Assembly (NCBI RefSeq): GCF_030028105.1
Contig: NC_092371.1
Span: 23,116,439 to 23,180,438, forward strand
DNA from: Mobula birostris
Lineage: Eukaryota
DNA: 64,000 nt
Direction: 5' to 3'
This document shows, one piece after another, positions 1 through 12,819 of the stretch; position 1 is the stretch's first letter, and each line of letters opens with the position of its first letter. The notes under the pieces are model-generated. The model did no database searches and was not told where the DNA came from. It saw nothing but the letters and a program-made list of their open reading frames with translations. The position numbers and the translations under genes are program-made.

Positions 1-299
1 CAAGATCCACAGCCTGACATCACAATAGCAACAGCAATTTTCATTAATATTACTTGAAAATTTCCAAATCCTTAGACGACCTAATCTCTCATTCTCACTC
101 CCACTCAACTCTTTTAAAAAAACTAGCTATATATAATTTATTGAAAACTATATCTATTGTACAGGATGTATATTGAAGCATTGCAATGCTCCAAGAATGG
201 CTTGAGACACCAATTTGTAAGTAGAACTATGATGATATTGCAATGTCAAGCAAGATTAAAATTGTCAAGGATGAGAGCACAAAACAGGTGTTCAGCACC

Positions 300-925
300 A
301 ACTGCCTGCATTTGAGTGGTCTCCCTCTCTTTTCATTGCAGCCATTGGGTTAAGAGGTGCACGAGTCTTGGGCCACATGCCATCATGTTCAGGAGCAGTT
401 GCTGCCCTGCAACCATCGGGCTCCTGCATGGGGTTCACTTGCCTCAGTGCTGAACTTTTTTCCCGCAGCTGTGGACTCACTTTCAGGGACAACGCAGTAC
501 ACGTTCCATGTGTTTCTGTTTACTTTTTTCCCCCCAATTCACACAATTTGATCAAGGCGCTTCAGTGCTGAAATGATTCTGCAGCTGTGGCCTGCAACCA
601 TCAGTACAGCGCTGAACTGCTTCTGTGGCTATGACCTGTAGCCACCGGGCTCCTGCAACTGCTTCACTCGCCTCATCACTGAACTAGCTCGGAGGCCATG
701 GACACGCTTGGTTAATGTTCTATGTGTTATTTGTTTACTTTTTTATTGTTTGCACAACTTGTTCTTTTCTTGCACATTGGGTGTTTGATAGTCTTTGTTG
801 TGTAGGTTTTTTTAAAATGGGTTATATTGTGTTTCTTTTTTTGTGATAGCCTCCAAGGTTGTATATAGTATACATACTATGATAATAAATATACTTTGAT
901 AATAAACGTACCTTGAACTTTGAAG
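300..925 (+). repeat. Non-autonomous interspersed repeat with internal direct repeats and a Rex1-like 3' tail
   Basis: Recurrent unit gcctgcaacca..gggctcctgca..ttcactcgcctca..gctgaact (about 403, 590, 640). Ends in aataaa..tactttgaactttgaa, like the Rex1 tail at 33560-33612. Confidence 0.5.
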
Positions 926-2359
926 CATTGAAGTGATCTTAAACTTTAACTGATTCCATAGATGCGATCTAATCTGCTGAGTGTTTCCAGCATTTAATTT
1001 TATTTTAAGATTTCCAGCATCAATTGTTATTTTGATTTTTTTTAAACAGATGGCTTGTTAACTCAAAAATTTTGATAGTCTCTCCAAAGTGTTGTTGATT
1101 TAAAAAAAATTAAGGTCATAAGCTTCTGCAATGTGATAAGTTAAGGAAGTGTGACTGTGAGATGAATATTATAATTAGGCAATAACTTGCATTTGTGCAA
1201 AGCCTTTAACACAGGAAAAAAGCCCAGAAGCATTATCAAACAAAATCAAGCCACATAAACAGACATTTTAACAGAAGACCAACAAATTGGTTTAAAGGCT
1301 TAGGAAGTGAATGACAGAAATTACGGCTCAGGTTGTTGAGAATTCTAGAGAGTTGCAGGAGATTACAGAGGTAGGATGGCATACATCTACAGAAAAAAAT
1401 ACAAGAGGCTAGGCACCTTTATGCCTTTGAAATGTGTTCTATTTACGTTTGCTATTATTTCACTAACTTAACAAGTAGTTGAATCAAATATAGAAAAGGT
1501 GTTTCAGACTGATTTCCCCACTCTCATCATAATTTGACAAGCTGCAACATTTAGGTCCAGTAGCCCAGGTTACAAAACCTGATTTGGGATGGGGAGATGG
1601 GAAATCGACCACATTTGCTTATCAGCTTCCAGAATTGCATGAGGCTTGGTATTAGCTGTGACAGTATGAGGCTGGATGCCATCTGAAGTACTGTATTAAT
1701 TCATTTTGGAAGGATTCACATACAGTATAAGCAAAATCATATGGGATGATTGGAGGAAATTGACTAAAAGCACCGTATAAAAATATTGACGAGTCTTTTT
1801 AAAAATTGAGAAACCCAAGAGGTCAACTAGGAGTTGATGATAAATGCTATTGTTTGTAAGTATCTTTTTCAGTACTGCAACCTTGACTCTCAGGATTCAT
1901 TAATATTAACCTTATTTATTAAAAGCACTGAAAAACTGCAAAGCTACAGAAATAAATGGTTGTCACAGATGTGTATCCTATTAGAAATGAAGCATTCAAT
2001 ATCTCAAGCATCAAACCAAAATGTCGACAATTCCCTTCCTTCCACAAATGCTGTAGAAGCAGCTGAGTTCCTTCAGCTGTTTGTTTTCTTTAAACCAAGG
2101 TATGTTAGGAAAGAATACTCACAACATAAGTACTTCAAGATGGAAATGGACTAGTTCAACTGGGAACCAGAGTCCTAAAACTAAAGAATGGATAAAAGTT
2201 GGCTATGGAGATCAGTTGGCTATAATAGATTTTGGAGTTTGATAGTGGAAAAACAATAGCTAGCATGTAGGAATGAATGCAGGAACTGCAACAGTCATTG
2301 ATTCCATCTTTACCATGGGCATACAATCCTCCTACATCTCCATCCTACACCATGATAGA

Positions 2360-2650
2360 CTAAGGATTCAGGGGAGAAGATTTAGGACAGAGATGAGGAG
2401 AAACTGTTTTGCCCCAGAGAGTGGTGAATCCGTGGAATTCTCTGCCCAGGGAAGCAGTTGAGGCTTCTTCACTAAATATACTTAAGATACAGTTAGATAG
2501 ATTTTTACATAGTAGTGAAATTAAGGGTTATGGGGAAAAGGCAGGTAGATGGAGCTGAGTTTACGGACAGATCAGCCATGATCTTATTGAATGGCGGGGC
2601 AAGCTCAATGGGCCAGATGGCCTACTCCTGCTCCTACTTCTTATGTTCTT
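2360..2650 (+). mobile_element. CR1/HER1 LINE 3' end fragment
   Basis: Encodes LRIQGRRFRTEMRRNCF..., followed by the CR1 3' UTR (gggccagatggcctactcctgctcct) and a ttcttatg repeat tail. Confidence 0.8.
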
Positions 2651-3220
2651 ATGTATGTAAGGACCTTAATTCCTTCTGCAAAAGAGGCCCAAGTAGTTCC
2701 ACTTCATTAAAATATACTTCCGTGTGGCTCAACTTATCTTCACAGTGAATAACTTTGCCTTCAACATCATTAGCTTTTGCCAAATCAAAGGTGTAGTTAT
2801 GGGAACCACATGGGTCCAAGCTAGAACTTACTTTTTGTGGGATAGTTGGCACAGTCCTTGTTTTAGTTTTTCTCTCTCCCCCACAATACACTGACAATTG
2901 TATTACTTTGTTTCCTGCACTCATACAGAACTCAAAAATATCCATTATTTCAATCATTTCAAGGAACAGTAAAGAGTTTAAGGCAGCAAATGGTATGTTA
3001 GCCTTCACAGCAGGGGAATCTGAATACAGCTACAATTATACAGGGCCTTAATGAGATAATACTTGGGAGCATTATGTGCAATTTGCTGTCCTTTCCTCAG
3101 AAAATATACGTTTGTCTTACAGGGAGTACAGCAAAGATTCACCAAGTAGATTTTTGGGAGAGCAGAACTGTTCTACAAGAACACAGAATGTAGAACATTT
3201 TAGCACAGTATGGGTCCTTC

Positions 3221-4336
3221 TAGTCCTGGGCAAGACATAAAACTGCATCCAGGCGCAGGGGTCCACAAGGGCTACGAGGATGATGGAGTGCCTCTTAACC
3301 GTCGCTGGTACTCCCAGGTGTCCCTTGGGCAAGGACTAGCACCTGTCAGCCTCCCTTACCGGGTTTACAGTGAAGTCAATCCTCCAGCCTTTGGACATTT
3401 GGCGAGACTGAATCATTCTGCAATGGGAAAGGAGTCCGCCAAGGCTACATCCTTTCTCCACACCTTTTTAACATCTACACTGAAATGATCAAGAGACTGG
3501 CAATTCCAGACAACACTGGCATTAAAATAGGAGCAAGAACCATCAGTAACTTGAGACAGGCAGATGACACAGCCCTGCTAGCCACAACGGAAGACGACCT
3601 ACAAACACTACACAATAGTGTTGCAAAAGTCTGCTGAATTTGGATTGCTGATAAATGGACAAAAGACCAAAGTTATGGTGTTAAGCAAAACTGCAATTCA
3701 AGCTGACATCTACATCGGAAACGACAAGATCGAACAAGTGACCCCCTTTATATACCTTGGTGCAGAACTAAATGATACAAACGAATGCAGCAAGGAAATA
3801 GGACGAAGGCTAGCAACAGCACGCACAAGCACTACCGAACTCTGGAACATCTGGAAAGACAGATCTATGAGCACGGACAACAAGATACACCTCCTCAAGA
3901 GTCTCGTCTGGCCAGTAACCCTATATGGCTGTGAAACATGGACCCTAAAAGCAGCTGATGAAAAGCAGTTGACAGCATTTGAGATGTGGACATACAGACG
4001 GATCCTCAGGGTGTCATACATTGAAAGGAGATCCAACAATTTCATCCTAGAAAAGATTGGCACGAAACCAATACTTCGGGAAACCGTTTTCCAAAGGAAA
4101 CGCTATTTTGGACACATCTCAAGAACTGATGACACACTGGAATGCACTATGCTTGAAGACAGAGTAGAAGATAGCCACTCCCGAGGCAGACAGAGGACAA
4201 CCTGGATCGACAACATCAAGAAGTGGAGCAGCATCACCGCCAGAGGTGCAAGAGGTTTGACTGCTGACAGATCAAAGTGGAAGAAAATGGTTGCCGAGAC
4301 TCTGGCAGAGCACGGCACATGATGATAATGACGATG
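3221..4336 (+). mobile_element. RTE-clade LINE, internally deleted (5' leader joined to RT C-terminal half), inside a CSTF1 intron
   Basis: RT motifs GVRQGYILSPHLFNIY (about 3430) and NLRQADD; ORF 3618-4322 carries LYGCETWTL...AFEMWTYRRILRVS...RGRQRTTW; (TGA)n tail; 11-bp TSD atgggtccttc at 3210-3220 and 4337-4347. Confidence 0.9.
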
Positions 4337-5043
4337 ATGGGTCCTTCGGCCCATGATGTTGTACCGACCTATTAACCTACTCAAGATCAACCTAACTCTT
4401 CCTTCCTACACAGCCCTCCATTTTTCTATTATCCATATGCCTAAGAGATTCTTAAATGTCCCTAACTACCTTCACTCCAAAAAGAAAACTAATGCTCATA
4501 TTACATGCTTTCTAATCCAAGCAGCATTGTGGTAAATCTCCTCATAGGCATTTAAATATCAGTAATCTAGATTTGCATTCTTTGGAACTCTGAATACAAA
4601 ATTCAATTAGAAAATGATAAGAAGTTCTAACAGGACTAGACATACTGGATGCGATGATGTTTCGCCACTTTCCCTTCACAAGGTCAAAGTCTCTGGTAAT
4701 AAGAAACAAGACTTGGGACAGAAATAAGGGGAAATTTCTTCATTCAGAATGCTGAATGTGTGGAATTTGTTACCATAGGACCACAAAGACGAAATCACTG
4801 AACAATTTTAATGATAGATAAATTTCTAGATACAAAAGCCATCAAAGGTTGTGGGGAGTGCTTAGGGATATAGAATTGAAGCCTAAATTCAACCACTGAA
4901 TGGTGAAGCAGGCTCAAAGGACCAAATAGCCTTTTCCTGCTCCCATTTTATGTTTCCAAGACTAATTCCTAGAGCGAGTCATCTATCAGCTCTGACGATA
5001 TTGGTAAGCAGCAAAAAGAAAAAAGTATACACAAGGTACCTAC

Positions 5044-5212
5044 CAAGCTTGGCAAGATGTAGTAGTTGCTCAGAGGGTGAGCAAACTGATGGTGGCTTGA
5101 TCTCATTGATAAGGTTTGATGCAATGTTCATGTACCCATCATAAAGCAGTTGGCCAATAATAAGTCGGTAAAGGTGTTGTCGATCCTTAAGAGTAACTTT
5201 GGGTCGATACAT
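5044..5212 (-). CDS. CSTF1: Cleavage stimulation factor subunit 1 (CstF-50), first coding exon (N-terminal dimerisation domain); the gene continues leftward, apparently beyond the window
   Basis: [56 protein letters not shown](G) closely resembles the vertebrate CSTF1 N-terminus. Donor G|gtaggt at 5044/5043 gives 169 coding nt (phase 1). Acceptor tttttgttcttttag| puts the exon start at 5241. Confidence 0.95.
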
Positions 5213-5615
5213 TTCTTGTGTCTCCCTTGCCTGTAATTATCCTAAAAGAACAAAAATAATGAAAAATTATGAAGTTATCACGACAGTACATCTGCTTTAA
5301 ACAGCATATTAGTTTCAGTTTATCTTATACATTCATTTGCATACCAAATCTTCTCTCCAAGGATTCCCTTTTGCTAATACTGTAACTACGGAGCTATGGA
5401 ACACTGTTTCCTTTAACTCAAAGTAAGTGAATTTTGCAAACCATGGAAAAGAATGAAATTGACCCTGTAAATTAATGGAAAGACTGGAATTCAGCAAATC
5501 GTTATTAACATAAAATGCTTCAATGTCAACTCACTCTTTGTTATGTTAATACAAATTTTTTTAATGGTGAGCATATGCCATATACACAATATTCTAAACA
5601 TTTAAAGCTCATTAC

Positions 5616-5752
5616 GTGTCCTGCCAAAGAACTTCGGCCCAAAACGTCAACTGTACTTTTTTCTATAGATGTTGCCAGACCTGCTAAGTTCCTCCAGCAT
5701 TTTGTGTGTGTTGCTTGGATTTCCAGCATCTGCAGATTTTCTTTTGTTTGTG
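5616..5752 (+). mobile_element. Short Penelope pLTR-derived insertion starting at a degenerate hammerhead motif
   Basis: 12-bp TSD aaagctcattac (5604-5615, 5753-5764). Begins gtcctgccaaagaacttcggcccaaaacgtcaact and ends ccagcatctgcagatttt...gtttg. Confidence 0.8.
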
Positions 5753-7199
5753 AAAGCTCATTACATACTATCTTAAGTATTGAGGGAGAAATGAAATATC
5801 AATGAAAAATGATCAGCAGCTTAGATTAACAGACAAGAAGCTAGCTGGAGGAACTTAGCAAGTCAGACAGTAACTATGGAGGGAAATGGACAGTTGCCAT
5901 TTTAGGTTGAGACCCTTTGCCTGGACCAAGCAACTTGGGAGTTTGCAATTAAATTATAGGATTAATATAACTAAGTTATGAGTCCTGCCATGGAAAATCT
6001 CAGCTGGTTTGGTACCCAATCATCTCAAATAATTACAGGGAGTGCAGCTCCTTTACATGGAATAATTCATCTCATTCAATAAAGTTCCAGATGATAACCC
6101 TGCATATATATTTCACCAAATGGAATCTATAATCCATTGTCCTTCTCTTACAACTTAGCTTGAAGAAATTTCCTAGAGTTATATTTTCTATATGGTTCAG
6201 ATAACCTTTTACATTTATCAACCAGCCATAAAGACCAGCTTTTACATGTATCATTTAATCTTTTTGTGTTTAGTCCTCTTCTGCTTGTGATCAATTTTAA
6301 ATAGACAAAGCATCCTATTTTTAAAAAGTATTTTCAAAGCAGCAAATCTACAGGGAGGGTGGAGAAGGGGATGTTTCTGACAGGGCAAAACCAGGGTGAC
6401 TGTAACACTAAAGCTTTCTCCCTGCAACTACCTTACAGAAAACAAAACTACACAGATATGACTCAGCCATTAAAAATTGGTCAATCCAGCCAATTACTTG
6501 TGCATTGCTCTTACAGCCAATTACTTGTGCATTACTCTTATCTTCAGCGATGGGGGGAATTTGCTAACAATTCCACACTGAACATCTGCTTAGTGGCACT
6601 CAGCTGAAACAAAGAAGAAAACAAAACTTCATGGTAACATTTGACCATATTTAGCATCAAGGAACTTCAGCAAAATAAAACAGAAATTGGGAGTAAATGA
6701 CGGGTAACACCCCTACCAGGACAATTGGGTTAACAGATGCCAGTCACCTCTACCTCACAGCAGTTCTTCAAGGCAACATCCAGGTTAAATCACTTTCAGC
6801 TGTTCCACAAATATCCTCCTTAATCAGTTAAGCAATTGTAAATGGGACCTGGTACAAATTCAGATATGGTCAATGTTTTAGTATATCCTGAGTTCAAGGA
6901 TAATACCAAGATTTTGTCAGAAAATCATTAGAATACACAAGTCTAGACATAATAAATATATGGTTGAGATTCTTCATAGTTGATAAGAGATTACGGGGAG
7001 ACGCAATTGATGCAATGAAGTTGGCTGACCTCTATTCATGCACATCCTTTAAAATGTGCTATCTAGTCTCAATTGTGCTTCCTTGTTCTTTCTGACAAAA
7101 TGTTTTAATTTCACATTTCTGTCTCACATCTAATTTGCCACTTGTCTACATATTCTACTAGTGTTTGGAGCATTTTACTATCCTGTTCATCACAATGTT

Positions 7200-8010
7200 G
7201 ACATCATCTGCAAAATGGAATTCCACTCTACACACCTACATCCACTTTATTAATGCATCTGCAGAAGTCAAACTTGAGGATTTATACTATGAATGGTAAG
7301 AAATTCGGAAGTGTAATGGAACAGAGGGACCTAGAAGAAAGAGTGCAGTTTGTTGGAAGTGTCATCACGGATAGACTGGAGTGGTGAAAAAGCTTTATCA
7401 TACTGGCCTTCATCAATCCAGGCATAGAGTGTAAGAGTTGGGAGCTTTTACAGTTATACAAATCATCGGTGAGGCCACGCTTGGGAATACCGTGCATAAT
7501 TTTGGTCACACAGTTAGAAACATAGACATAGAAAATAGGTGCAGGAGTAGGCCATTCGGCCCTTCGAGCCTGCACCGCCATTTATTATGATCATGGCTGA
7601 TCATCCAACTCAGTAAGACTTGATTAAATTGGAAAGAGTGCAGAAAAAATTTGAGGATGTGGCTAGGACTAAAGGGTCTGCTTTATAGGGAGAGGTTGGC
7701 TGAGAGACACAAACAAGGTGAAAAGTAACAGTCTCTTCCTCAGGTTAGGGAGGTCCAAAACTAGGCTAAAGATTTAAAGGGTACTTGACGGGGAACTTTT
7801 TCCACACAGATGGTGAGGAGCTTACGGAATGAAATGCCAGAAGAAGTAGTTGAAGCAGGTACAATGTTATCATTTAAGAAGCACTTGGATAGGTAGATGA
7901 AAGTGAGAAGCATGGAGAAATGTGTGCTGATGCAGAAAACTAAGACTAGTTAGGTAGGCATGTGGTCTCTCGTTGGACCAAAGGGCCTATATCATGCTGT
8001 ATTGCTCTAT
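7200..8010 (+). mobile_element. Old CR1 3' fragment with a short opposite-strand CR1 3' end nested at about 7517-7612
   Basis: Degenerate RT C-terminal sequence (cagttatacaaatcatcggtgaggccacgcttgg...ttggaaagagtgcag). Nested piece starts gaaacatagacatagaaaataggtgcaggagtaggccattcggccc. Confidence 0.7.
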
Positions 8011-8207
8011 GAATCAATTAGAAAAGTTAATAACTGCAGGGAATACAATTTTCTACCATCCCTGTCTCAAAATCAATCATCAATCTTTTATCCATGCTGC
8101 CATTGACCCAATTATTGCTTGACTTTGATTTTTACTGGCCATTTTTTATATATCAAATAGTCAAATACATTCTAAAAATCTACACAGATGATATGTACTA
8201 CATTCAT

Positions 8208-8536
8208 CAAGATGTATGCCATCTTGGACAATGTCTCCCATCCACTACATAATGTACTGGTTGGGCACAGGAGTACGTTCAGCCAGAGACTCATTCCACC
8301 GAGATGCAACACAGAGCGTCATAGGAAGTCATTCCTACCTGTGGCCATCAAACTTTACAACTCCTTCCTTGGAGGGTCAGACACCCTGAGCCAATAGGCT
8401 GGTCCTGGACTTATTTCCAGGCATAATTTACATATTACTATTTAACTATTTATGGTTTTATTACTATTTAATTTATGGTGCAACTGTAACAAAAACCAAT
8501 TTTCCTCCAGGATCAATAAAGTATGACTATGACTAT
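8208..8536 (+). mobile_element. Rex1/Babar LINE 3' fragment (same family as 40395-41326)
   Basis: AILDNVSHPLHNVL...FSQRLIPPRCNTERHRKSFLPVAIKLYN, then aataaa and a (tatgac)n tail. Confidence 0.85.
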
Positions 8537-9579
8537 TCCTTCCATCAGGTTTCTGCCATTAATAAAGGATTTTGTTATTTGTGCTATTAGAATCTATATT
8601 TCCTGATATCCAATAGGTCTTCAGCAGCAACAATATAACCTTAATGGCACAGGAAGATCTCAGGGGGTCAGCCCAAATGCCTGTTTAGCTCAAATTCAGC
8701 AACAGCACTGAACGAAACTGTAGAAAACAAACAAGTCCATGGATTTCCTGGTTCAGTTCCTTGTTATATTTGCTGCAAGAACTCTGCCCAAGTTGCACCA
8801 ATCCGAAGGCAATCTTTGACCAGTGCCACATACTCAGCCAAACCTCAAACTCGGTTAGAGAAGATCAATTGAAGAGAGGGCAAAGGCCTCATCCCAACTC
8901 CATTGACTGGAATAATCATACACCTCAGATAAACAACACTTGTCTAAGAAGATTTCATCGTTCAGCTCTCCATGACTATTCGCTTCCACATAGGACCCAA
9001 ACATAACCAGGCCTAACAACAGCTGGGGCTCAGCTTTGATGACCACTCCAACAACCCTCAACCCATTTTCCCTACCCCCCCAATCTCATCTTGCTTCAGG
9101 ACTAACTTGTAGCACATTGGATTTTTTTTAGGAATCAATCTCTGCACAGGAGACTGCTCAGCATAGCGAATGCACATGAAATCAAGGTTAGTATACTTAC
9201 ACTTATTTATCAGGCAAAAAAACTATGAGCAGGAATAAAGAGATCTGCTCAGGTTGTGCCTAATGGAACACCACAATGCTTTGAGAACCTAAGTATTCAC
9301 ATACTATATCAACAATTTGCTCTGGGGACTGAATGTCTTATTAAATATCTTATGATTAATAGTAAATTGGGTGGAATTGTGGGGACTGAAGCTTCAAGGG
9401 GTAGTGGACAATGGAGTTAATAGGTGAGAACATGGCAGAAATAATATATTGAAATGTACAGCCTCAGTCATTGCGTTTCTTCAATACAGACTGGACAATT
9501 AAGCTGAGGCAAAAGATCAGCCATGATTTAATGAATATAATAGGTTCAAAGAGCTGGATAGCCTACTCAAGTTGCCATT

Positions 9580-9955
9580 TCTTCCTACCCACCCTTCTAA
9601 CCTCAATTAACCTTCCCCTCTCCATTTCCCATCTCACTTCGCCAACCCACCCACCCTTCCCTACATTCATTCACCCACTCCTCTGCTGCTACACTTACCC
9701 ATCCCATCCACCCTTAACCCTTCGCCCTCCCCCTCCACTCACCCACACAACCCCACCTACCCCCACCCTATACCACCCAACCTCACCCGTCCCGTTCTTC
9801 CCCCCTCACGCACCCCACCCGATCTCTACCTACTCTACTCGTCAGCCCCAGCCTCTCCATTCCCTGAACCGCCTCCTAACATTCACCAGACCCCCACCTG
9901 ACCTATCAACCCCAACCCCATCCCTCACGTCACCTCACCTCACCTTTCCCTGTCG
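9580..9955. repeat. C-rich (G-rich on the CSTF1 sense strand) low-complexity tract at the start of CSTF1 intron 1
   Basis: Many cccac/ccct runs and very few G on the plus strand. Confidence 0.7.
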
Positions 9956-10130
9956 GGCCGGGCCTAGGCCTGCCCCTGTTCCACACTGCTCCCTCTGCCC
10001 TGTTTTGACTGACTCTATAACCACGAACCTCTTTGGTTATAAATTCCTCTCGTACCAAAGCAAACAAAGCCACGACGTTGAGGACCCGGCGAGGCTGAAA
10101 GACTAACCCAGAGAGCGGCGGTTTACTCAC

Positions 10131-10205
10131 CGCGAGGGACGGCGACGGCAGCGTGCAGCGTGATGACGTCGCGCGCACAGCGCTCTCTACGGCCGAAGTC
10201 CGCTG
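10131..10205 (-). promoter_or_regulatory. CSTF1: Putative CSTF1 non-coding exon 1 and CpG-rich promoter
   Basis: Local CpG cluster at 10070-10205; strong donor ctcgcg|gtgagt at 10131/10130 on the minus strand; CRE/ATF-like tgacgtc at about 10164-10170. The TSS cannot be placed from sequence alone. Confidence 0.7.
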
Positions 10206-10483
10206 CTGTCAATCATTCTAACCTGAACAGGAGATTCTGCAGATGTTGGAACACATAGATGTGGACACATAGAAAACCTACAAAACTCAGCAGGTCAGGC
10301 AGGAGAGGAATAAAAAACACAAAATAATCTGAAAATGCTGGGGTCAAAGCAACACTCACAACACGCTAGAGGAACTCAGCAGGTCGGGCAGCATCCGTGG
10401 GGAGGAATAAAAGGTCAACATCTCGGGACTGGTGCAGAAACCAGAATAAGATGGAGGAAGGAGCAGTACAAGGTGAAACTCTG

Positions 10484-11732
10484 CAGACATCCCACCCTGC
10501 AAAAACTCATTTCAGGGAGGTAGCACCCCCACCCCACGGTCGACCTCCAAGGGTGTATGTAATACTTTGTTTAGTGATTTTGTTTAATCTGTAAACCAAG
10601 TTGGGTATATGCAGAAAATGTGGCATTAAAATATGTACTTATATTCTGTTTATTCTATTACAACTTTAAGCAAGTCTACAGGGAGTTTGCCTCATCAAGT
10701 AGGACATCAATAGCGCAGCTCCTTACCAGCTAGTTTAAATAACGTTAGCTACGCTAATGAACGAATGACACCTGTTAAACTCACCTCAACATGTCTTTTA
10801 CATTTTAACCCACCATGGGCAATAGAAAAGTCACTGTTGCAAACAGTGCAGCCAGCTACACCGTCATTATTTTTGCGACTGTAAGGCCCGCCCACAGAGA
10901 AAGCTGATAGATCTACTTAGCAGGGGTCCGCAATCGTTTTTGCACCGCAGACCGGTTTAATATCGACAATATTGTTGCGGACCGGCCGACTGGGGGCGGG
11001 GGTGTTAATCACAACCGGAATGTAGGTGGTAAGTCAATCGCATCATAACATTTTAAGTAACATTTGGATATTAAACACACAGCACATATTTTCCCCGTAT
11101 GAACATATAAAATCATTGCAACACACCAATATCGCTGAATCAGTGGGAGCCCTGGGCTTGCTTCCCTGCAACAAGACGGTCCCATCGAGGGGTGATGGGA
11201 GACAGCGATACTCGAAGGGGGTTCCTTATGTCCAGTCTATTCCGCAGTTTAGTTTTCGTTGCATTCATTGCGGAGATATGTTGGAAATGGAAGCAACGTT
11301 TTCAGTGCTTCCGTGCCTATCTCAGGATATTTAGCCTTGTCTTTGATCCAGAATGCCGGCAGAGATGTTATGTCAAACATACTTTTCAGCCCACTGTCAT
11401 TCGCAAGCTAGGAGGAGATGATGTTTTTCCCGTGCTGACATGGATGATTCAACGGGGACATTCACAAATGGGTCACGGACCCATTCCTTTGCACGTCTCG
11501 GGTCACTGATGACCTCGCGTGCCTTAAAATTCAACAGTGCGTGACAGGGAATGAGGAAAGGAGCAGCTGACTCATATCGTTTCCTCGTGGCCCGATGGTT
11601 GGGAACCACTCTTAGCACTCTCCCTCTCAAAAAAATCTATTTCCGGGATATTGTATATAATTTCCGGGAGTCAGGGAGCCACTATCGATATGCGGGAGAC
11701 TCCTGGAACTTCCGGGAGAGGTGGGATGTCTG
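10484..11732. mobile_element. Non-autonomous hAT-like DNA transposon
   Basis: Terminal inverted repeats cagacatcccacc (10484) and ggtgggatgtctg (to 11732); TSD not clean; no transposase ORF. Confidence 0.7.
10921..11610. mobile_element. hAT-Charlie-type MITE nested in the element above
   Basis: Charlie-like ends caggggtccgcaatc... and ...ggttgggaaccact; partial TSD cttag on both sides. Confidence 0.65.
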
Positions 11733-11939
11733 AACTAGGTGAGGGGAATTGTTTAGTGACAGGATGTACAAAACGTACCGTGCAAAAATAAAACGGTGTA
11801 AATACCCAGTAGGTCAGAGATCATTCTTGGCACTGGAGGCAAGGTCAACAGTTAGTCATGTCAAGCGCATTGTCAGATCTCTTCTGCTTTCTCCCCAAAA
11901 CCTTCACAGCCTTCCTATATTGTTGGACCCAGGACATGG

Positions 11940-12450
11940 CGCATTCCGTCCGGGTAGCCTCCAACCTGATAGCATGAACTTTGACTTCTCTAACTTCCGT
12001 TAATGCACCACCTCCCCTTTGTATCCCATCCCTTATTTATTTATTTATTATCATTATTCTCTTTTTTCTCCCTCTGTCCCTCTCACTACAACTCCTTGCC
12101 CATCTTCTGGGCTCCCCCCACTTTCTTTCTTCCTAGGCCTCCTGTCCCATGATCCTCTCCCTTCTCCAGCCTGGTATCCCTTTTGCCAATCAACTTCCCA
12201 GCTCTTAGATCCATCCCTCCCCCTCCTGTCTTCTCCTGTCATTTCAGATCTCCCCCTCCCCCTCCCCCTCCCCCTCCCACTTTCAAACCTCTTTCTATCT
12301 CTTCTTTCAGTTAGTCCTGACAAAGGGTCTTGGCCCAAAACGTCGACTGTACCTCTTCCTATAGATGCTGCCTGGCCTGCTGCGTTCACCAGCACTTTTT
12401 ATGTGTGTTGTTTGAATTTCCAGCATCTGCAGATTTCCTCGTGTTTGCAT
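11940..12450 (+). mobile_element. Penelope-like element 3' end (EN C-terminus, pyrimidine-rich UTR, pLTR with degenerate hammerhead)
   Basis: Encodes FRPGSLQPDSMNFDFSNFR*. pLTR reads agtcctgacaaagggtcttggcccaaaacgtcgact at about 12313-12348. Confidence 0.85.
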
Positions 12451-12597
12451 TTTAGAATTGCGCCCTTCTGGTTTATATTGTTACCTCACATTCTTCAGAT
12501 CAAAATAAAATACTTAACATTTCCTAGTATTAATTTTAATCTGCCATTTGTGTATATCGCATTTGAGTCTTTTATCGACCTTGTTATATTCATGACA

Positions 12598-12777
12598 GTC
12601 AGCATCTCTAGGAAGAGGTACAGTCGACGTTTCAGGCCGAGACCCTTCAAGGACGAAGGGTCTCGGCCTGAAACGTCGACTGTACCTCTTCCTAGAGATG
12701 CTGCCTGGCCTGCTGCGTTCACCAGCAACTTTGATGTGTGTTGCTTGAATTTCCAGCATCTGCAGAATTCCTGTTGT
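12598..12777 (+). mobile_element. Young pLTR insertion with inverted 5' segment (perfect 49-bp-arm palindrome)
   Basis: Arms 12600-12648 and 12655-12703 are reverse complements around the loop aaggac; 14-bp TSD ttatattcatgaca at 12584-12597 and 12778-12791. Confidence 0.9.
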
Positions 12778-12819
12778 TTATATTCATGACACCTAGCTTT
12801 ATGTCATCTGAGAATATGG

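Noticed and set aside
4979-5043. C-terminal extension of the CSTF1 ORF (RYLVYTFFF...)
   Set aside because: Intron read-through past the G|gtaggt donor; similarity to CSTF1 stops there.
8560-9060. Unique-looking sequence with ORFs 8761-9006 and 8855-9061
   Set aside because: No recognisable protein motif or convincing splice-site pair.
9471-10106. 211-aa Pro/Thr/His-rich ORF opposite CSTF1
   Set aside because: Artefact of C-rich low complexity; not AURKA-like.
12019-12789. 256-aa ORF
   Set aside because: Runs through a pyrimidine-rich Penelope UTR and two pLTRs; compositional artefact. The same applies to 34294-34860.
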